Source: Parasitella parasitica NRRL 2501
Taxonomy: Eukaryota > Fungi > Mucoromycota
Assembly (NCBI GenBank): GCA_025201805.1
Contig: MU619248.1
Location: forward strand, 124,001 to 188,000
Direction of reading: 5' to 3'
Length of the DNA stretch: 64,000 bases
Part shown: in pieces, positions 52,550 to 64,000 of the stretch
How the letters are laid out: each line of letters starts with the position of its first letter
Position numbering within the stretch: position 1 is the first letter of the stretch
Program-made: the position numbers and the translations under genes
Notes under the pieces: model-generated
Told to the model about the DNA's origin: nothing
The model's input: the letters and a program-made list of their open reading frames with translations, nothing else
Databases searched by the model: none

Positions 52550-55337
52550 TCCCACAAACAACAGATTACCAAAAGCGGCTATGTCGAAGGATATTTGCAC
52601 TTGGGTGCTGAGCTTTCCCGTGCGCAAGCATTTGGCTATGATATTCTCACTTTTTTGATTTTATTCAACAGTTTTATTCCCATTAGTTTGATGGTTACTA
52701 TGGAGATTGTCAAATTTGTGCTCTCCTTTTTGATTCAGGCCGATTTGGACATGTATTACGATACTACTGACACTGCTGCAGTCGCTCGTAGTAGCAGTTT
52801 GATTGAGGAACTGGGCCAAGTTAAATTTGTGTTCTCTGACAAGACGGGTACATTGACATGTAACGAAATGCAGTTCCGTGAGTGTTCTATTGCTGGTATT
52901 TCGTATGCCGAAAAGGTGGAATCAGACAAACAAGCTACAGATGGTGCTGATGATCCGACACTCCAGTATAATTTTACTCAACTTCAAGATCATTTAAAGA
53001 CGCACCCAACTGCCAATGTCATTAATGAATTTTTGACATTACTGGCAACTTGTCATACCGTCATTCCTGAAGCACAAGAAGGCTCGGATAAAATTACATA
53101 TCAAGCGTCTTCTCCAGATGAAGGTGCCCTGGTCAAAGGTGCTAGTGATTTGATGTACAAGTTCCACACACGAAAACCGAATTCAATTATCTGTACTCAA
53201 AGGGGACGAGAATGCGAGTATCAAGTATTAAATGTCTGTGAATTCAACTCGACTCGTAAACGTATGTCTGCCATTATTCGCGGGCCTGATGGTAATATCA
53301 AGCTTTATTGTAAAGGTGCTGATTCTGTCATTTTGGAGCGATTGGCTGAAAACAACCCATTTGTCGAGAACACACTGATTCACCTTGAAGAGTTTGCTTC
53401 TGAAGGTCTCCGTACTCTCTGTATTGCTATGCGCGAAATCCCTGAAGAAGAATATGCCAGATGGTCGCAAATCTATGACAAAGCTTCTACTACTTTGGTT
53501 GACCGTGCTGATGAACTAGATAAAGCAGCAGAAATGATTGAACAAAACTTGTTTTTATTGGGTGCAACAGCTATTGAAGACAAATTGCAAGATGGTGTAC
53601 CTGATACAATCCATACGCTGCAAGAAGCAGGCATACGAGTTTGGGTTTTGACTGGTGATCGACAGGAAACTGCAATTAACATTGGCTATTCATGTAAACT
53701 TTTGAATGAAGAGATGAGTTTGATCATATGTAATTTGGATAGCCATTGGGAAACAAAGAGCTTCTTGGAATCCAAATTAAAAGATATTAACGGTGCGATT
53801 GAACGAGGAGAAGACTTGGAAGTAAGTTTATGCTGTTTTTTTCTCTTTGCATCATTTTAACCTCTCTTTTTTTTTCAATTTAGCCACTAGCATTTGTTAT
53901 TGATGGCAAAGCCTTAACATTTGCATTGGAAAAGGATATAGAAAAACTGTTGTTTGATTTGGCTGTATTATGTAAAGCTGTGATCTGTTGCCGAGTGTCC
54001 CCGCTTCAAAAGGCCTTGGTTGTGAAACTCGTGAAGAAATATGATAGATCCATTTTATTAGCCATAGGCGACGGCGCCAACGATGTATCCATGATTCAGG
54101 CGGCACATGTTGGTGTTGGCATAAGCGGTGTAGAGGGCCTCCAAGCAGCTCGTAGTGCGGATTTTGCTATTTCGCAATTCAGATTCTTGAAAAAACTCTT
54201 GTTGGTACATGGCTCATGGGCGTATCAGCGTTTGAGTAAGATGATCTTCTACTATTTCTACAAAAATGTAGCCTTGTATTTGACACAGTTTTGGGTAAGT
54301 TGCATACAGACCAGGGGCGATAGGTGATTAATGCGAGTATATTTAGTACGCATTTTACAACGGATTTTCGGGATCTACACTGTATGAGTCATGGACAATG
54401 TCTTGTTTCAATGTCATTTTCACCTTTTTACCGCCATTGTGCATTGGCGTTTTTGACCAATTCGTCTCGGCGAGAATGCTTGATAAATATCCTCAAATGT
54501 ATATGCTTGGGCAAACAAACGAATTTTTTAATCAAAAGAAATTTTGGGGTTGGTTTGGCAATGCTGTATTTCATTCTTTGGTAAGTATTTAACAAGACTG
54601 ACAAGACTGACACCAGGCTCATTTTTTTTTTCCTTGTTTAATCAGATCTTGTTCTTCCTTGGTGTGGGTATGCTAAGTACAGATGGTGTGTTTGGAGACG
54701 GCCGAGTGGGCGGTCAATGGTGGGCAGGCACAGCTGTATTTACAGCTGTATTGGGTTGTATCTTGTGGAAGGGAGCATTGATTACAGAGTGAGTTGTGTA
54801 CAATTCTATTGAACATAGCAATCTAACATTTGTCTACAGCATTTGGACAAAATACACTGTTATTGGTATTCCAGGGTCAATGCTCGTTTGGTTCATATAC
54901 CTACCCCTTGTCGCATTTATCGGACCCGCTATTTCAGTTGATGTGTTTCCCGAGTACTATGGCATTGTCCCAATGCTCTGGGGAAATGTCAATTTTTGGC
55001 TGTTTGTACTGTTAGTGCCGTTCGTCTGCAATCTGCGAGATTTCTTTTGGAAATAGTAAGTCTGAGGCTCTTTTCTCTGTATAGATTACTTACTCTTTGG
55101 GTATATAGTGCAAAGAGAATGTATCGTCCGCTCCCTTACCATTTCGTTCAGGAGATCCAAAAGTATAACTTACCTGACTATAGACCCCGTATGGACCGTT
55201 TTAGGCAAGCAGTGAACAAGGTCCGTCGGATACAACGCCTCAAAAGAAATCGTGGCTATGCTTTCTCTCAGAACGACAGTGACCAAACTAAAATTATTCG
55301 TGTTTATGATACCACCCAACAGAAGCCTCAAGGTTAA
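50708..55337 (+). CDS. DRS2: P4-ATPase phospholipid flippase Drs2/ATP8A, multi-exon; start codon apparently GTG
   Basis: [33 protein letters not shown], phosphorylation site [27 protein letters not shown]-terminal RGYAFSQ autoinhibitory motif. Confidence 0.96.
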
Positions 55338-55555
55338 CCATTTTCATTTTTACCTATTTTCCTTACTATTATAATTATATATAAAGCTTTTTTCTTGCTG
55401 TAATCTTGTCCGCATTGGCGAATTTGAATCAATGTGATTCCACATTTTGTTTGCTATTTGAAACACTCCAAAATTGGGCATATATGCTTGCATACATACA
55501 CATATATAAGGCGCCACTTTCTTTGATATGTATCAATACACTACATTACGATAAA

Positions 55556-56165
55556 ACGCAACATATCGATGAAAAGCAACTGTACATCGATGATGAATAT
55601 CGTTTCGAGTTTGTAGCCTCGTACATGGAATTTGGTGGAAGGGACATCAAGGCTATCCAAGGCATTGCTGAAAAAGATGTGTCCTCTTGTCCCTATCCTC
55701 ATTGATTGTGTCTACAAAAAGCAATTTAAATTTGACATTACAAAGAAGCTTTTCTTAACCAAGAATGAGGGTTTCGAAGGCGAAATCGCCAAGTCTCTTG
55801 ATGAATTGACGTTAGATCATCCTCAGATCAAGTTCCGTGAGGACTTACTGGGCAAGTACCTAATTCATATACTCGAGGACCCTTACGATGATTGCTTTCT
55901 CAAGTATCTCGATTGGCTTGCCAAAACTCTCACCGATACTTCTGACAAAAAGAGTACGATTCATGTTGACTACATTTATCTTAACGCCTTGATGGGTTTT
56001 GTTGATTCTGCCATTATTAATGCTGTTCGCACTTTGCGTTTAGAACGTAATAAAGAAGGCGATGTTCTGATTGCATTCAATAATCGGATGCGGATTCAGA
56101 ATGATTACTATGCAAAGTATTACATGAACCCTTATTTCATTAATTTCATGGAAAAAGAAGTATAA
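55556..56165 (+). pseudogene. Protoglobin-domain (fungal single-domain globin) gene, frameshifted
   Basis: QHIDEKQLY...RFEFVASYMEF joins PLVPILIDCVY..FKFDITK..F...NEGFEG...LTLDHPQIKFR...YLDW...IHVDYI...IQND only after removing one A at 55671-55675. Confidence 0.8.
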
Positions 56166-56599
56166 AGATGAAGCTGGTCAAGAGAGCCAAGCTCAAAAAT
56201 ATAATATTGAGCCTATTTTCCATCATTATTGGTAGTTTGAGCTTCTGGATGTCTGCGAACAGACACTAGATTTAAACTGTATTATGTTTATAAGCATCAA
56301 TCCTCCATTTATCTTCCTTTTAGCTATAGCTTACACTTTGAATTCATTTATGTTGGTAAATAGCACAAAAATGCGCGTATTTTAACGAAATCAAATACTA
56401 TCCCAAAGCAAAATAACGTTGTGCGATTACTACTAAGGGCAAACTAGTTGCTTGACATCTTTGCGCAAGGATTTGACACATCAGTGAGACAATTATGCTC
56501 GATGTTCATACTATCTTGCGCTTCCTTCCACACGATGCATTAATATACGCCAGACAGTTTCAGCAATGTATCGAACAGAATATGGCATATTTATTCAAA

Positions 56600-58854
56600 T
56601 CAATATTCATCTGTAACAGCACCTTCACTTGCACTCTTCACAGTCATGCAGTACTTGGCTAGGACTCCCTTTGTATATTTAGGAGGCTTTGGCTGCCAGC
56701 CTTTTTTACGTTCAGCGAGCTCTTCATCAGAGATATGCAGTGTCATTTGTCTTGTATTCGCATCAATTGTTATCTTATCACCGTTCTGGACAAGAGCAAT
56801 AGGACCACCTACTTGCGCCTCAGGACACACATGCCCGATGATAAAACCCTGTAATAAATCAGTTTGAATTATAGCTTGTACTTATAACCAAAGTAATGCT
56901 TACATGCGAAGCACCAGAGAAACGACCATCAGTAACTAAAGCAACATCCTTGCCGAGACCAGCACCCATGATTGCAGCAGTTGGCTTCACTATTTTAATA
57001 TTGTATTAAACCCTTCGCAAGATCATATATTTACGAAAGAAAGACTTACGCATCTAGTAAAAGTTCTATTAGCACGTAATATATGATATGTAGTAATACA
57101 AATGCTTTACCTCTGGCATGCCAGGGCCACCCTTAGGGCCTTGATATCTAACTACAACAACAGACCCTTTAGGGATATCTTTTCTTTCCAGGGCATCAAA
57201 TATTTGATCTTCCTCATCGAATACTCTGGCGACCCCGGTGAATTTGAGGCCTTCTTTACCTGTGATTTTGGCAACTGCACCCTGAATATCCAGTATGTCA
57301 TGTGCGATTTTAGTGACACAACTCCCAATATTACTTTAGATCTGTACAACTGTACCTCAGGAGCTAAATTTCCTCGTAGAATTGTCAAATGTCCGGTTGG
57401 CTTGATGGGATTCTCGATGGGATTGATAATTTGCTGACCCTCGGCAAGATCGTCAACTTCTGCCAAATTTTCTGCCTGAGTCTTTCCTGTTACAGTCAAA
57501 CAATCGCCATGTAGCATGCCCTTTCCAAGGAGGTATTTCAATACGCCTGGAACACCACCTACATTGTGAAGGTCTTCCATGACATATTTGCCACTTGGCC
57601 TTAGATTAGCTAAAAAGGGGGTCTTGTCAGAGATTGTCTGGACATCATCAATGGTGAAATCAACATCAGCAGCTTTGGCCATAGCAAGCATATGAAGCAC
57701 GGCATTGGTAGACCCTCCTAAAACCATAATTGTGACAAATGCATTTTCAAATGCTTTTCGAGTTAAAATGTCTCTGGGCTTGATGTCCTTTTCTAACAGG
57801 TAGTAAATAGCTTTACCCGCACGGAGACACTCTTGAGCCTTCAATGGACTCTCGGCAGGGGTGCTGCTTGAATATGGCAACGATAAACCAAGCGCTTCAA
57901 TGGCACTAGACATGGTGTTGGCAGTGAACATTCCACCGCATGCACCGCTGCCAGGACAAGCGTTCCGGATGATATCTTTTCTCTCTTCTTCCGTAATTTT
58001 GCCACTAATGAATTCGCCATTACACTCTAATGCATTACCAATGTCAATTTCACGTCCCTGACAAGATCCAACTGTGCCATATCCCTTTTTCATTGTGCCA
58101 CCGTAAATAACCAATGACGGACGATTAAGACGAGCAATTGCCATGACAGCTCCAGGCATGTTTTTGTCGCATCCTGGGAGGGATATATTAGCATCGTACC
58201 ACAAAGCACTCATCACCTTGGTACACGTTATTGCAGTTTAGCGGGTAGTTTCATGCAGGCCTTTATTTTAAAAATCCGCGCTTACCGTTTCGATCGAGTC
58301 TGCAATCACATCTCTGCTGGGTAATGAGAAAGACATGCCAGCACTACCCATAGGGATTGCATCACTAACACCGATGGTATTAAATTGATAACCAACCAAA
58401 CCAGCTTTCCACACGCCATCACGAACTTTGTGAGCCAAGGCATCAATATGATTGTTGCATGGATTACCATCATACCCACTATTTCAAAATGTTAAGATTC
58501 GACGATTTTTACGCACGCCACCATTCAGTTCACGCACAATGAGGTAATACCGACTTGAGCTTTGCCCATGTCTTTATCAGTGAGTCCAGTGGCGTATACT
58601 ACATTAATATGCATAGAAAATCAGTAAAATAAAAAGGCAATTTGTATTTAGAAATACACTACATTGAGCTTGACCCGCGCCAGCAGATGGCGTTTGAGTG
58701 ATTGCACGGCTGTACTTGTTCATGATACCTGCCTTACTTGACACTCCTCGATCTCTTGGGGCTAATTTGTGACTTGAAGGTACGTATGAATTGTTAAGAT
58801 AATCTTATAAAATGCTTAAACGAACTTGACTTACATTTGAACTTCTCCGGCCAT
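56600..58854 (-). CDS. ILV3: Dihydroxy-acid dehydratase (IlvD/Ilv3 family), multi-exon with a 4-nt microexon
   Basis: [90 protein letters not shown]. Confidence 0.95.
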
Positions 58855-59853
58855 TTGCTATGATTGAGAAGAGTGAGGGGGGGGGGGAGAGACGCTGGTA
58901 ATTGATTAATTTATGAAAGCAACTAAAGAGAAAGAAAATTGTAGATGAGATCTTCCTTTTATACTTGATGACACTCTAAACTTGTTTGCATACTCTCACG
59001 GTGAAAGGTACAGAATTATCCACCGCCACTCTCTTAATAATCGCGGTTGACTTGGTCAAAAGTGGGAAAGCTATCTGCTTTTCCTGAAACACAAGAAAAT
59101 AAATAAAGGTTTTTTTTTTCTGCGCAATCACCAAAGCAATGCAAACTGTGGTCAACCCATCCTTTGCTGTTTTCTTGAGGGATCTCATGAGTACTCTGCC
59201 TAATGTGCCCAATTATTTTTTTGAGCCTCTTAAATTAAGCTCACCTTTGACCAAGGTTTTCGACTTGGGAAAACATCCCTCGATAGGGTTAAGGAAAGGA
59301 GAGTACGGGGGCAAAAAGCATATTTGATGGATTAAATTTTTTAAAGAGTTCTTTTACAACAGGTGATTTGTGAATTATAACAAAAAAAAGAAAAAAAAGA
59401 CCAATTCCCAATCGATTTGGTGGTTAATCATTTATTTAACCTATTAATCATATGTCGTAATGCGTTTTTTAGTTTTATTAGAACTACTTTTCAAGTGATA
59501 TAATCTAATTACGACGCGAACAAGAATCAGAAATGAACATTTATTTAAAGAGATTCGATAATTTTGCTTTAGATGATCGAATGAGTTGCTCATGAACAAC
59601 AAAATACTTTTAACTTAACAAGCGTTCATTTTATTAAGCAACACACTGTGGTAGAAGCATTTGAATTGACCAAATATGATCAGATAACGAATGTATTGCA
59701 CAGTTCATTGCACGAAATACAAAATTATCCAAGAAATGAGCCAACTGAACAATCAATATGCCCAAATCGCATGAAGAGTTGTATATACTCATGCTTTATT
59801 GATTAAAAAATAACCGTAGTTAAACAAATCGATAATCAAAATAGTGGGTATGT

Positions 59854-60522
59854 CTAATCAAAGGAGACAGTCCATTTGCTATTGTCGTCTGTACCCTCAA
59901 AAGCAGAGACTTCGTTTTCATCGTCAGACAAATGGACATCATGTGAGTGAAGGAGCTTGCCAGTTTGGACATGGCGAATGATGACAGGTTGGTCTACTCG
60001 CCAGAACTAGATGTGTATGTACATATTCTGGTCAATCACCGCTAATTCTGTTGTTTTACCATCATATACTTACATCGTCATACTGTTCATCGTCCTCGTC
60101 AAATTGGAGAACCTCCCAGACATCATTCTCATCCGACTCATTATCATTACCAAAGCAACTGACTTCTTGCTGACCAGAAGTAGGACTCTCAACTACGTGA
60201 GAGTGCAAGTTGGCACGAGTAGGAATGTGCTTGAGACGGATCTTATCCTCAAAGCCAACCTCGTAGCCAGGTTCTTCGTCGGTTTCTTGAGGGGGAAGGA
60301 CAATCCAGGAGGTTTCATCTCCTAGCAAAGTTGCAGAAGAGAATACCTTTTGTTGTTGAGAACCACCAGCATAATGCTCACCACCTCTGGAGGAAAGGAA
60401 ACGATTTGTGGTAACATGCTTGAGTGAAATATGATCACTTTAAAGTTGTTAGTTTCGTGATTTGGATTGTATACCTCTACTTACCCGAAGCGAATAATAC
60501 CATCTTCTTGAGGACGAGACAT
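59854..60522 (-). CDS. Small protein made only of three MIR motifs (beta-trefoil), 3 exons, no signal peptide
   Basis: IRFGDHISLKHVTTNRFLSS..QQKV..W; IRLKHIPTRANLHSH..SGQQEVSCFG..DENDVW; IIRHVQTGKLLHSH..EVSAF..DDNSKW. Confidence 0.88.
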
Positions 60523-62917
60523 TTTGTAGATATAAACTCAAAGATAAAGATATATGTACGATATGTTTGTTGCTTGGGGGGTATTTATAGTGAAAGCTAT
60601 AGCGTGGAGTTATATATAGGTAAGTTGATGGAATTTGAAATCGGTTTCATTGCGCAGTTAGAAACCTTAACGTTGACCACCATTAGGTATTGCCTATTTA
60701 GCAGCCTCAAAGGGAACATTCGACATCTAGCATTGCTAAATTGCTAAATTAATTGGTAAAAAAAATATTACTATCATTATCCAAAGTATCACGCAATGCA
60801 TTTGCAAGTATGAAATTTGCACAACCTCAATTACGTACATCTGTCGTCCATGGTGCATTATATGCTTGTGGTCGTGTTGCAAACGTATCACCTTTAGCCT
60901 TTTTATCTCCGTGAAATAGTGCAAATCTAAAATTATCTATCATTGTAAATACAGAGGTCCGGTTTTATTAAAACGTAATAGAATGTCATTATCAGCAGAA
61001 ATCTTTAGTACATTTCTCAGCGTGAGACCACTGCAAAAATCAAGCTTACTTCTACAATTTATAATGTATTGGTTTTTTATGAGAACCTTGTACTACCACT
61101 GTTTGTTACAGGAAAATGAGAAAAATAAATGAGAAAAGTTGATAAAGAAGGAAGACATTGATATAACTGAGCGCTAGTAATTTTGCTAAGATTCCTACCT
61201 GATGTTGCGTGCATTGTCCACATCTCGTTGCCATACAGGTCCACAATTTTTCAGACTAGAACGGAATGCTTTGTTGCTCCCAAGTTTCAGAGTTCCAAGT
61301 TTGTGCACAGACTAAAACTGATTGACTTGATCAAGAGCGTGTTTCCTATACACAGATAATGGTCTGGATACTATAATTTTGCACGTAACTTTTTCATCGC
61401 AATATGTTTTCACTCAAAATCCGAAATCAAGTTTCCTATTAAGCTTACTTTTCGCATGGTTTTATTATGCCCCTTATGCTCGTTAATTTTCGGTTATCAC
61501 ATTCCTATGCTTGATAATTTGCATTTTGTATTCAATGATTCTATTACGCTTTCTCCTATGCTTCTTGGTGATTTTCATCTCGTAACTCCTGCATTACGAT
61601 AAGCACATATTATCAGATGTCTGAATGCAAATATGGAACTGTAGATGGTGTAAGAGATCGAGTATCACGTTAATGATTTTATTACTAGAGCTTTAAATAG
61701 ATTGCCTAGCATTACTTTTGGTTTAGTGTAAAAGATTATGTTCTATTAGGTTAAAAAAAATAGATACATTCATTATTTTTCACGTAAAAAGTATGGACTC
61801 GTTTGTTTTGGCTCATAGTATTTCTTTATATAGAGAATAAAATGTACAGTATTTGCGTCCATAGGAGGAAAATGAAGTAAAATCTATTCTGTATGCATTT
61901 CAAAGCATTATGAGAATAAACCCTCCTGTCAGTCTTGCTGTCCTCATTAAAAATTCACTTATTCTCAATAATTTGAATGTTATCTTCATTGAACTGAAAC
62001 CTTCTCTCATTTTCTGGAAAAAGATAATGAACAACACCTTAATCTTATTGCTATGGTAGCCTGGGAATTATAAGTAGATTCTCGAACTGTGCTTGATCAC
62101 CCCGAAAGAATACAAGAAATTGGACAGTTAGAAATGTGGAAAATGCTCTTTCTATTGGCGTGTAGTAAAGTTACTTTTATGCACGACATGTTTTCCTTTT
62201 TTTTTTGTCAATTGCACGCTATCTTCAGAAGCATGAAAACAAGAGCTTTTATTTACTTGTCCAAAGTAGTGTGGGCTTTGAGCAAAGAATATATAGATTA
62301 TGCTAAAAACTTTTGTGCAGTAGTTAGGCTCGACTCGATTAATAAGCATTAAAGAAAGAATCAAGTGAAAGACCCCCAGAAATAACTATATCAAAGGAAC
62401 TTCTTCAAAGAGTTTGATAACGGTTCTTGTTAAACAATTTCAGGAACGAAAAGTTAGCTGCACTTGTCAAAGCTTGGAAAAAGAATATCAATGGTCGAAT
62501 GCATTAAGTATTCAAATAGCCGTAGTTTGTGAAGGATGCACGTTTAAAAAATTAAGATTCAAAATTCGCTTTAAAATCGGTCTATTTGCGTCAAAAATGT
62601 TGGATTTGATATTTTTCTCTTCACTTTTGCGTCGTTTGAAGGAACTAATTGATAGTCGAGAAAATGTAGCGCAAAAAAATCCCTTAGCTAGACACGATAA
62701 AAATTGAAAATGGCTGAAAAATCTAATATATAACAAAGATGAAATACCGGTATGGTCATTGTAAAAGAAAAAATCATACGATTTTATGTATGAATAGAAT
62801 TGCGATTGTAGCAATGGAACGTGTATGATTTTTAGATTTACAGACAAGAAATAAATAATAATAAAAATAAAATAAAAAATAAACTATATAATGATGATAT
62901 GAATGATAGAACGTAAT

Positions 62918-64000
62918 TTAAAGAGTAAGGGTATCATTAGCGTGTGCGATATAAGACTGAATGCGTTTTTTACAACTAGCCAATAATGATTTTGTATACG
63001 GTGATTCCATATCTTGTGTAATTTGGTCGCGAAGTTCAGCAATATAGACTGAAAATTGACTTGCAAGCAATGTCTTGTTTTCATCTTGAATGTCGAGGGT
63101 TTTTGTAGTTGTTTGCTGTTTAGTAACTAAGGCTTTTAATGTTCTCAAATGAACAGACAATGTGGAGAGGACAAGGACGCTTGCTTCAAAGTTTTCATTA
63201 CAAAATTGAGTTGAAGTGGTTGCAATTTGTTCAATGCACTCACGAGAAGCAGATCTATACTTGGCAGCTTCTTTGAGAAACTGGGGGACTTGATCGGCAT
63301 TGGCATTGGTTTGCAAAGCAGAGGCGGCCTCCAACATGTGATAAATCATAGCATAATGACGACGCAACAGATTAGAAGAAAGATGACTAACAGTGGGGGA
63401 CTCGGCTCGGATGTATTCGGCAAGAGCATCTAAATGTTCCTGTTGAGCGTTATCGCTCAAAGATTCAAGGGCTAAACCAACACGAATCCACCATTGTAAC
63501 ATGCAACCAGGAGCAGTTGTTGTAGCAGAAACATAAAGTGGATGTTCGAGCTGCTTCTTGCTAAATACAGAACGAGAACCGTTTAAATAAGAGTACCAGC
63601 AGTCTTGAATGTTGCCAACCTGCTGCCAGTATAGAATCAAATCCAAAGGAGATGTAACATAAGGGAGTACAAATGAATAGAATACATTTCTGCAATTTTT
63701 TTCATTTGTGCTACCGACGAATCCGTTTCGGGACTCTAGCATCTGTAACACTTGTTGATGACAATTAACACTGAGCAATTGGTTTTTTGTGGTAACTTGT
63801 TGATCAGGCTCGATAGCTTGCTTTTGATCCTTGATAGCAGAAAACACTCGCTTCCAACAGAGCGGAGTAATATAGCAAGAGATAGACTTGGGCAAACAGA
63901 GTTCAAGCTGTAGAGCAGCAGTAGCGTACACTCGAGCCACCGTATTTTGTTCGCAATAAATGTCATGATTCTCATCGCGCTTCATCTTGTGTAATTGAGC
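62918..64000 (-). CDS. 3' part of a gene, probably the SREBP-like C-terminal regulatory domain (start lies outside the window)
   Basis: Open frame of more than 350 codons running off the window; VARVYATAALQLELCLPK resembles animal SREBP [17 protein letters not shown], and MLQWW resembles VAKWW. Confidence 0.6.
   Translation of the reverse strand, partial: AQLHKMKRDENHDIYCEQNTVARVYATAALQLELCLPKSISCYITPLCWKRVFSAIKDQKQAIEPDQQVTTKNQLLSVNCHQQVLQMLESRNGFVGSTNEKNCRNVFYSFVLPYVTSPLDLILYWQQVGNIQDCWYSYLNGSRSVFSKKQLEHPLYVSATTTAPGCMLQWWIRVGLALESLSDNAQQEHLDALAEYIRAESPTVSHLSSNLLRRHYAMIYHMLEAASALQTNANADQVPQFLKEAAKYRSASRECIEQIATTSTQFCNENFEASVLVLSTLSVHLRTLKALVTKQQTTTKTLDIQDENKTLLASQFSVYIAELRDQITQDMESPYTKSLLASCKKRIQSYIAHANDTLTL

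Noticed and set aside
60600-62900. Long gene-free stretch with short ORFs; possible ncRNA or centromere
   Set aside because: No tRNA/snRNA hallmarks, repeats or LINE remnants recognisable by eye; an Rfam/Infernal scan would be needed

Overview
Gene-dense, AT-rich eukaryotic DNA with short (~50-90 nt) spliceosomal introns. Gene content and style point to a Mucorales (Mucoromycota) fungus. About 25 protein-coding genes can be reconstructed: ADK1, RAD26/CSB, an IBB-less importin-alpha-like ARM protein, NDUFAF2-like, seipin, CLASRP-like, Yippee, ABHD10-like hydrolase, a stand-alone Trl1-type RNA ligase, UBA3, UTP8/NOL11-like, a double-FAS1 protein, an AsnB-type amidotransferase, an F-box protein, SSL1, Rrn11-like, an MFS sugar porter, STR2-like, RRP40, Gemin5-like, DRS2, a divergent ILV3, a MIR-only protein and the 3' part of a SREBP-like gene. 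There is also a decaying protoglobin gene. A ~6.5 kb degenerate TE island at 16.6-23.2 kb holds a Tc1/IS630 transposase, a Helitron/Pif1 helicase remnant, 171-bp-period repeats and a diverged inverted repeat. A Ty3/gypsy integrase relic lies at ~36.5 kb. I found no tRNA, rRNA or CRISPR array and no convincing multi-gene novel system. The best leads are single-locus oddities: DRS2 apparently lacking an AUG start (GUG candidate), a 4-nt microexon in a presequence-less divergent DHAD, the IBB-less importin-alpha, a fungal Gemin5, the split tRNA ligase and GC-AG introns. All homology calls come from motif recognition by eye, not database searches.
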